This document shows, one piece after another, positions 61,024-64,000 of a DNA stretch of 64,000 nucleotides. Position numbers and translations under genes: made by a program. Source of the DNA: a virus. The notes below the pieces were generated by a model. It made no database searches, was not told the DNA's origin, and saw only the letters and a program-made list of their open reading frames with translations. Positions within the stretch are counted from its first letter, which is position 1. Each line of letters begins with the position of its first letter. Where the stretch lies: IMG/VR virus record IMGVR_UViG_3300012593_000001; one strand, 5' to 3'.

Positions 61024-61926
61024 ATGAAAGTAAAGTTTGTTGAGCCGTCTGCTCATCTTATTGCCAGCTCTCTAGCACTCGGGAAGGACGAGGTTGTAGA
61101 AGCATGGTCTAACCGCTATAACCCTCACTTCTCTATTGATGGAGAAAACCGTATCAATAGCGTCTACAAGGCGCATGGCGGCGACCGTGAGCGGGATGAG
61201 TACGTTTCCGCGGCAAAGACCGTAGAGTACGCCGGTCGTGGCTGCTATGAGGCGTATTCTCGTAAGAACAGCAAGACCGACTCTTACGAGGACTACATCT
61301 ACAACATCCTGAAGCAAAAGCATTTTTCAGTACTTGAACATACTAGCTTTACTATCGAGCTAGATGGCATCTCTCGTGCTGCAACGCATGAGATTGTGCG
61401 CCATCGCCACTTCTCGTTCTCTCAGGAATCCCAGCGGTTTGTCTTCAAGGAGGACGGGCTTCGTATGGTGGTTCCGCCAGCTCTGGTAGAGCGTTTGACT
61501 GATGACGAGCAAAGGATTTACCAGCAAGCTCTTAATGGAGATATGTTCTCTATTGTCTCTTATGCAGGCTCTTCTGACGCTCTTCAGCAGATTGTGAAGC
61601 TCAAGAATCTCTTCGCTCAGTCGATGATGCAAGCTAATGAGATGCGAGACATTCTCAAGACCGACGGAGCGACCCGTAAGCAGGCCTCTGAGGCTGCGCG
61701 AGCACTCTACCCTAACTGTGCCGCCACAAAGATTGTCGTGACCGGAAATGCGCGCTCATGGCTCGAATTCATCTCCAAGCGCCACAGCGGTGCAGCTGAC
61801 GCGGAGCTACAGATGATTGCCGAGCTCGTGTGGTCGATTTTGCGTTACACGATGCCTGAGGTATTCTCGGATAAGCCAGCCGAACTGTGGTTGGACGAAG
61901 CAGAACAAAAAGGAGTTCAAAAGTGA
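61024..61926 (+). CDS. thyX: Flavin-dependent thymidylate synthase
   Basis: AGRGCY, HFSVLEH, RHRHFSFSQESQR and TGNARSW. Confidence 0.96.
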   Translation: MKVKFVEPSAHLIASSLALGKDEVVEAWSNRYNPHFSIDGENRINSVYKAHGGDRERDEYVSAAKTVEYAGRGCYEAYSRKNSKTDSYEDYIYNILKQKHFSVLEHTSFTIELDGISRAATHEIVRHRHFSFSQESQRFVFKEDGLRMVVPPALVERLTDDEQRIYQQALNGDMFSIVSYAGSSDALQQIVKLKNLFAQSMMQANEMRDILKTDGATRKQASEAARALYPNCAATKIVVTGNARSWLEFISKRHSGAADAELQMIAELVWSILRYTMPEVFSDKPAELWLDEAEQKGVQK

Positions 61927-62411
61927 CTATTTCTAACGATATTTCGCAGGTACTCGATTGGAACAAGGCCCTCGGCCACATTGGCGAGGTCGAAGAAGGC
62001 GTACGACCAGCGGACAAGCGCTGGGGTATCGGCAAGGTGTCTGTTGTTTATGATGACACTCCGAAGGACGTAGAGAAGTGCTCTGAGGATGAGGCTAACT
62101 TCCGCTGGGGTGCCATTGACCTTATTCGTGAAGAGGTAGAAGAGCTCGAGGCAGCAGTTAGCGTCGATGATGACGTAGAGATTCTGGATGCCGCGGCAGA
62201 TATCATGTTCACCTTGTACGGTCTTGTTGCTAAGGCTGGTCTTGACAGCCATCTCGACGAGGTTTTCTATGAAGTTATTCGCTCTAATTGGACGAAGCAC
62301 GTAGAAAACCCGGTGTACGATGAGAACGGTAAGGTAGGCAAGCCAGATACCTACGAGCCACCGCGGATTAAGGAAATCATTGAGCGACACCGAAATTTTC
62401 CACGTCTATAA
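61923..62411 (+). CDS. MazG-like NTP pyrophosphohydrolase
   Basis: LIREEVEELE..LDAAAD..EVIRSNWTK..GKVGKP. Confidence 0.85.
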   Translation: MTISNDISQVLDWNKALGHIGEVEEGVRPADKRWGIGKVSVVYDDTPKDVEKCSEDEANFRWGAIDLIREEVEELEAAVSVDDDVEILDAAADIMFTLYGLVAKAGLDSHLDEVFYEVIRSNWTKHVENPVYDENGKVGKPDTYEPPRIKEIIERHRNFPRL

Positions 62412-62613
62412 CGAGAACGACATCATCGAGCACGATACCGAGGGGTTCGGATGCATCTGTGACCCTATCCCCTCTATCCAGCAGTATTGTGACGAAGATG
62501 GAAACGAGATAGACGAGCATCTCCTTCTTATCGTCCATAGAAAGGTAGAAGACGAGCTCGAAGAGAAGAGCTTTATCAAGCGCTTCTTTAAGGGCTTCTT
62601 CCTCCTGTGGTAG
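62380..62613 (+). CDS. Small His/Cys protein
   Basis: D.IEH....C.C.P..IVH motif. Confidence 0.65.
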   Translation: MSDTEIFHVYNENDIIEHDTEGFGCICDPIPSIQQYCDEDGNEIDEHLLLIVHRKVEDELEEKSFIKRFFKGFFLLW

Positions 62614-62668
62614 AATTTCTTTGATTATGGGAAATTCCCAACGGACCTCAGGAGGTGATTAGGAAGTT

Positions 62669-62869
62669 ATGGCTAGAAAGGGTAGAGGAAAGCGTACTCT
62701 GAACAAGCGCCCCAAGGGTAAAGGAATTGGCGGCGGCAAGTGGGCACATGGCTTCAAGTGACCCACTGGGGTCACTAAATATAAGCCTAAGAATGCGGTA
62801 GCTCGCAAGATTAAGAACAAGCAGTACAAGACCAAGGGTAAGAAGTCTAAGAGACGCAGAAGAAAGTAG
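62669..62869 (+). CDS. Highly basic small protein interrupted by an in-frame TGA (62759-62761)
   Basis: GGAGGTGA SD; upstream TGTGG-TAGAAT promoter; K/R-rich on both sides of the stop; ends 3 nt before the HNH ATG. Confidence 0.75.
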
Positions 62870-62872
62870 CTC

Positions 62873-63295
62873 ATGGCTAGACTATGCAACTGGTCTACGG
62901 AAACTCCCCGGTTTCAGAGGTGTCTTAACATCGCTGAGCCGGGGACTTACCGTTGTGCAGAGCATCAAACGAAAAAGGTATATCGACGCTCTGGAGACCT
63001 AACAGAACCAATGAAAAAGATTGTCAGGAAGAAATACGACTACAGGTGCGCTGTATGTGGTGAGAAGGCTAATCAGGTTGACCACATCAGAGAGCTCAAT
63101 GAATTTCCTCCAGACAAGAAGCATTTGGCGAATATGATGAGCAATTTGCAGCTTCTTTGCGATAAGCACCACGAGGAAAAGACGAACACTTATCGTACTT
63201 CCCTAGTAGAAGAACCGGATTATTTCGACTATTCTACAAGTGGTAGAAACCGCAAGAAGAAGCGGAGAAAACGCCAAGGTTTTTATTACGGATAA
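62873..63295 (+). CDS. HNH endonuclease (packaging-associated)
   Basis: CAVC..VDHI..NLQLLCDKHH..KT; adjacent to terL. Confidence 0.9.
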   Translation: MARLCNWSTETPRFQRCLNIAEPGTYRCAEHQTKKVYRRSGDLTEPMKKIVRKKYDYRCAVCGEKANQVDHIRELNEFPPDKKHLANMMSNLQLLCDKHHEEKTNTYRTSLVEEPDYFDYSTSGRNRKKKRRKRQGFYYG

Positions 63296-63303
63296 GGTAG
63301 AAA

Positions 63304-64000
63304 ATGACAGAAATCATCGTCCCTCAACCAAAAGAAGACAAAAACGGGAACCTAGAGATTTTCCCTACTCTAGGGCCTCAGGTTTGCGATTTCTTAGAAG
63401 AGCGGTTTGTCTATGGCCCAGGACCTCTAAGAGGTAAACCGTATGTAGTCAGAGATGACTTCCGCTACATTCTTTATCGTGCTTATGAGCACTTTCCTGA
63501 GGGATACGTCATTGATTATGACGGTGAGAAAGTTGACTATACAGGCCGAAGACACTTCAATAAAGTGACAGTTTCCTTGCCGAAAGGCAGCGCTAAAACC
63601 GAACTTATGGCCCTAGTTTCATGTCTAGAATTACATCCAGATGCGCCAATTCGGTTTAACGGTTATGATGCCGATGCACCAGGCGGAATGGCCCCCGGTC
63701 GTTCTGTGGTCTCTCCCTTTATCCCGCTGCTTGCACCTACCAAAGACCAGTTGGATGACTTGGCTTATGGTGCTTCTATGGTCATTACACAAGATATTGA
63801 GGATGCGGACCTCTTTGACGTGACTAGAGAGCGAATTCAGGTCCAAGGTGAGGCAGAGTCTAGGATTCTTCCTGTCGCCGCCTCAGCGGGCCGCTTGGAC
63901 GGTCTCAAGCCTACGTTTCAGTGTCTTGATGAGCCCTTGGCTTTAGATACCCCTATTCCTACCTCCAAGGGTTGGTCAACAATGGGGGAGATTGAAGGCG
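63304..64000 (+). CDS. terL: Terminase large subunit N-terminal part (3'-partial; intein begins at 63934)
   Basis: Hand translation: MTEIIVP..PTLGPQVCDF..LPKGSAKTE (Walker A)..DGLKPTFQCLDE (Walker B) | PLALDTPIPTSKGWSTMGEI. Confidence 0.93.
   Translation, partial: MTEIIVPQPKEDKNGNLEIFPTLGPQVCDFLEERFVYGPGPLRGKPYVVRDDFRYILYRAYEHFPEGYVIDYDGEKVDYTGRRHFNKVTVSLPKGSAKTELMALVSCLELHPDAPIRFNGYDADAPGGMAPGRSVVSPFIPLLAPTKDQLDDLAYGASMVITQDIEDADLFDVTRERIQVQGEAESRILPVAASAGRLDGLKPTFQCLDEPLALDTPIPTSKGWSTMGEIEG

Noticed and set aside
49565..62761. Genome-wide stop-codon reassignment explaining the two in-frame stops
   Set aside because: They are different codons (TAG and TGA), both are used as true stops elsewhere, and no suppressor tRNA is present.

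Overview
This window is nearly a whole, circularly permuted genome of a lytic siphovirus with an actinobacterial host, most likely Corynebacterium. The host inference rests on WhiB, class Ib nrdE/F/H/I, a GH19+C39 endolysin and corynephage-type small genes; I found no integrase or repressor. The large terminase is split across the two window ends inside a class 3 intein. Positions 1-26.2 kb (+) carry head, tail and lysis genes. Positions 26.2-45.6 kb (-) carry the replication and nucleotide arm: primase-helicase, WhiB, RuvC, DnaE, two tRNAs, NrdH, SSB-like, AAA ATPase, Cas4-like nuclease, helicase and NrdEF. Positions 45.6-52 kb hold a cassette of early genes, several acidic, with consensus sigma-A promoters and a shared AAAGGAAGGAAA leader, embedded in three non-coding blocks full of repeated operator-like motifs; the probable cos site follows at about 51.93 kb. 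Positions 52-64 kb (+) carry TerS, small genes, NrdI, a candidate origin, ThyX, MazG, HNH and the TerL N-terminus. The most interesting signals are non-coding or recoding: (1) a tRNA-trailer hairpin whose 19-nt loop is complementary to the leader shared by six early/small genes, a candidate shut-off sRNA; (2) a basic ORF with an in-frame UGA in a T4 gene 60-like stem-loop and a matched landing codon, a candidate for ribosomal bypassing; (3) arrays resembling host Zur, GlxR, RamA, LexA and MarR operators plus promoter look-alikes lacking T-7 near the genome end; (4) two acceptor+T-arm mini-tRNAs and a ~167-nt structured RNA; (5) a major tail gene with a 251-codon in-frame N-terminal extension. 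All calls were made by eye. No database searches or folding programs were run, and host regulator consensus sequences are recalled from memory.
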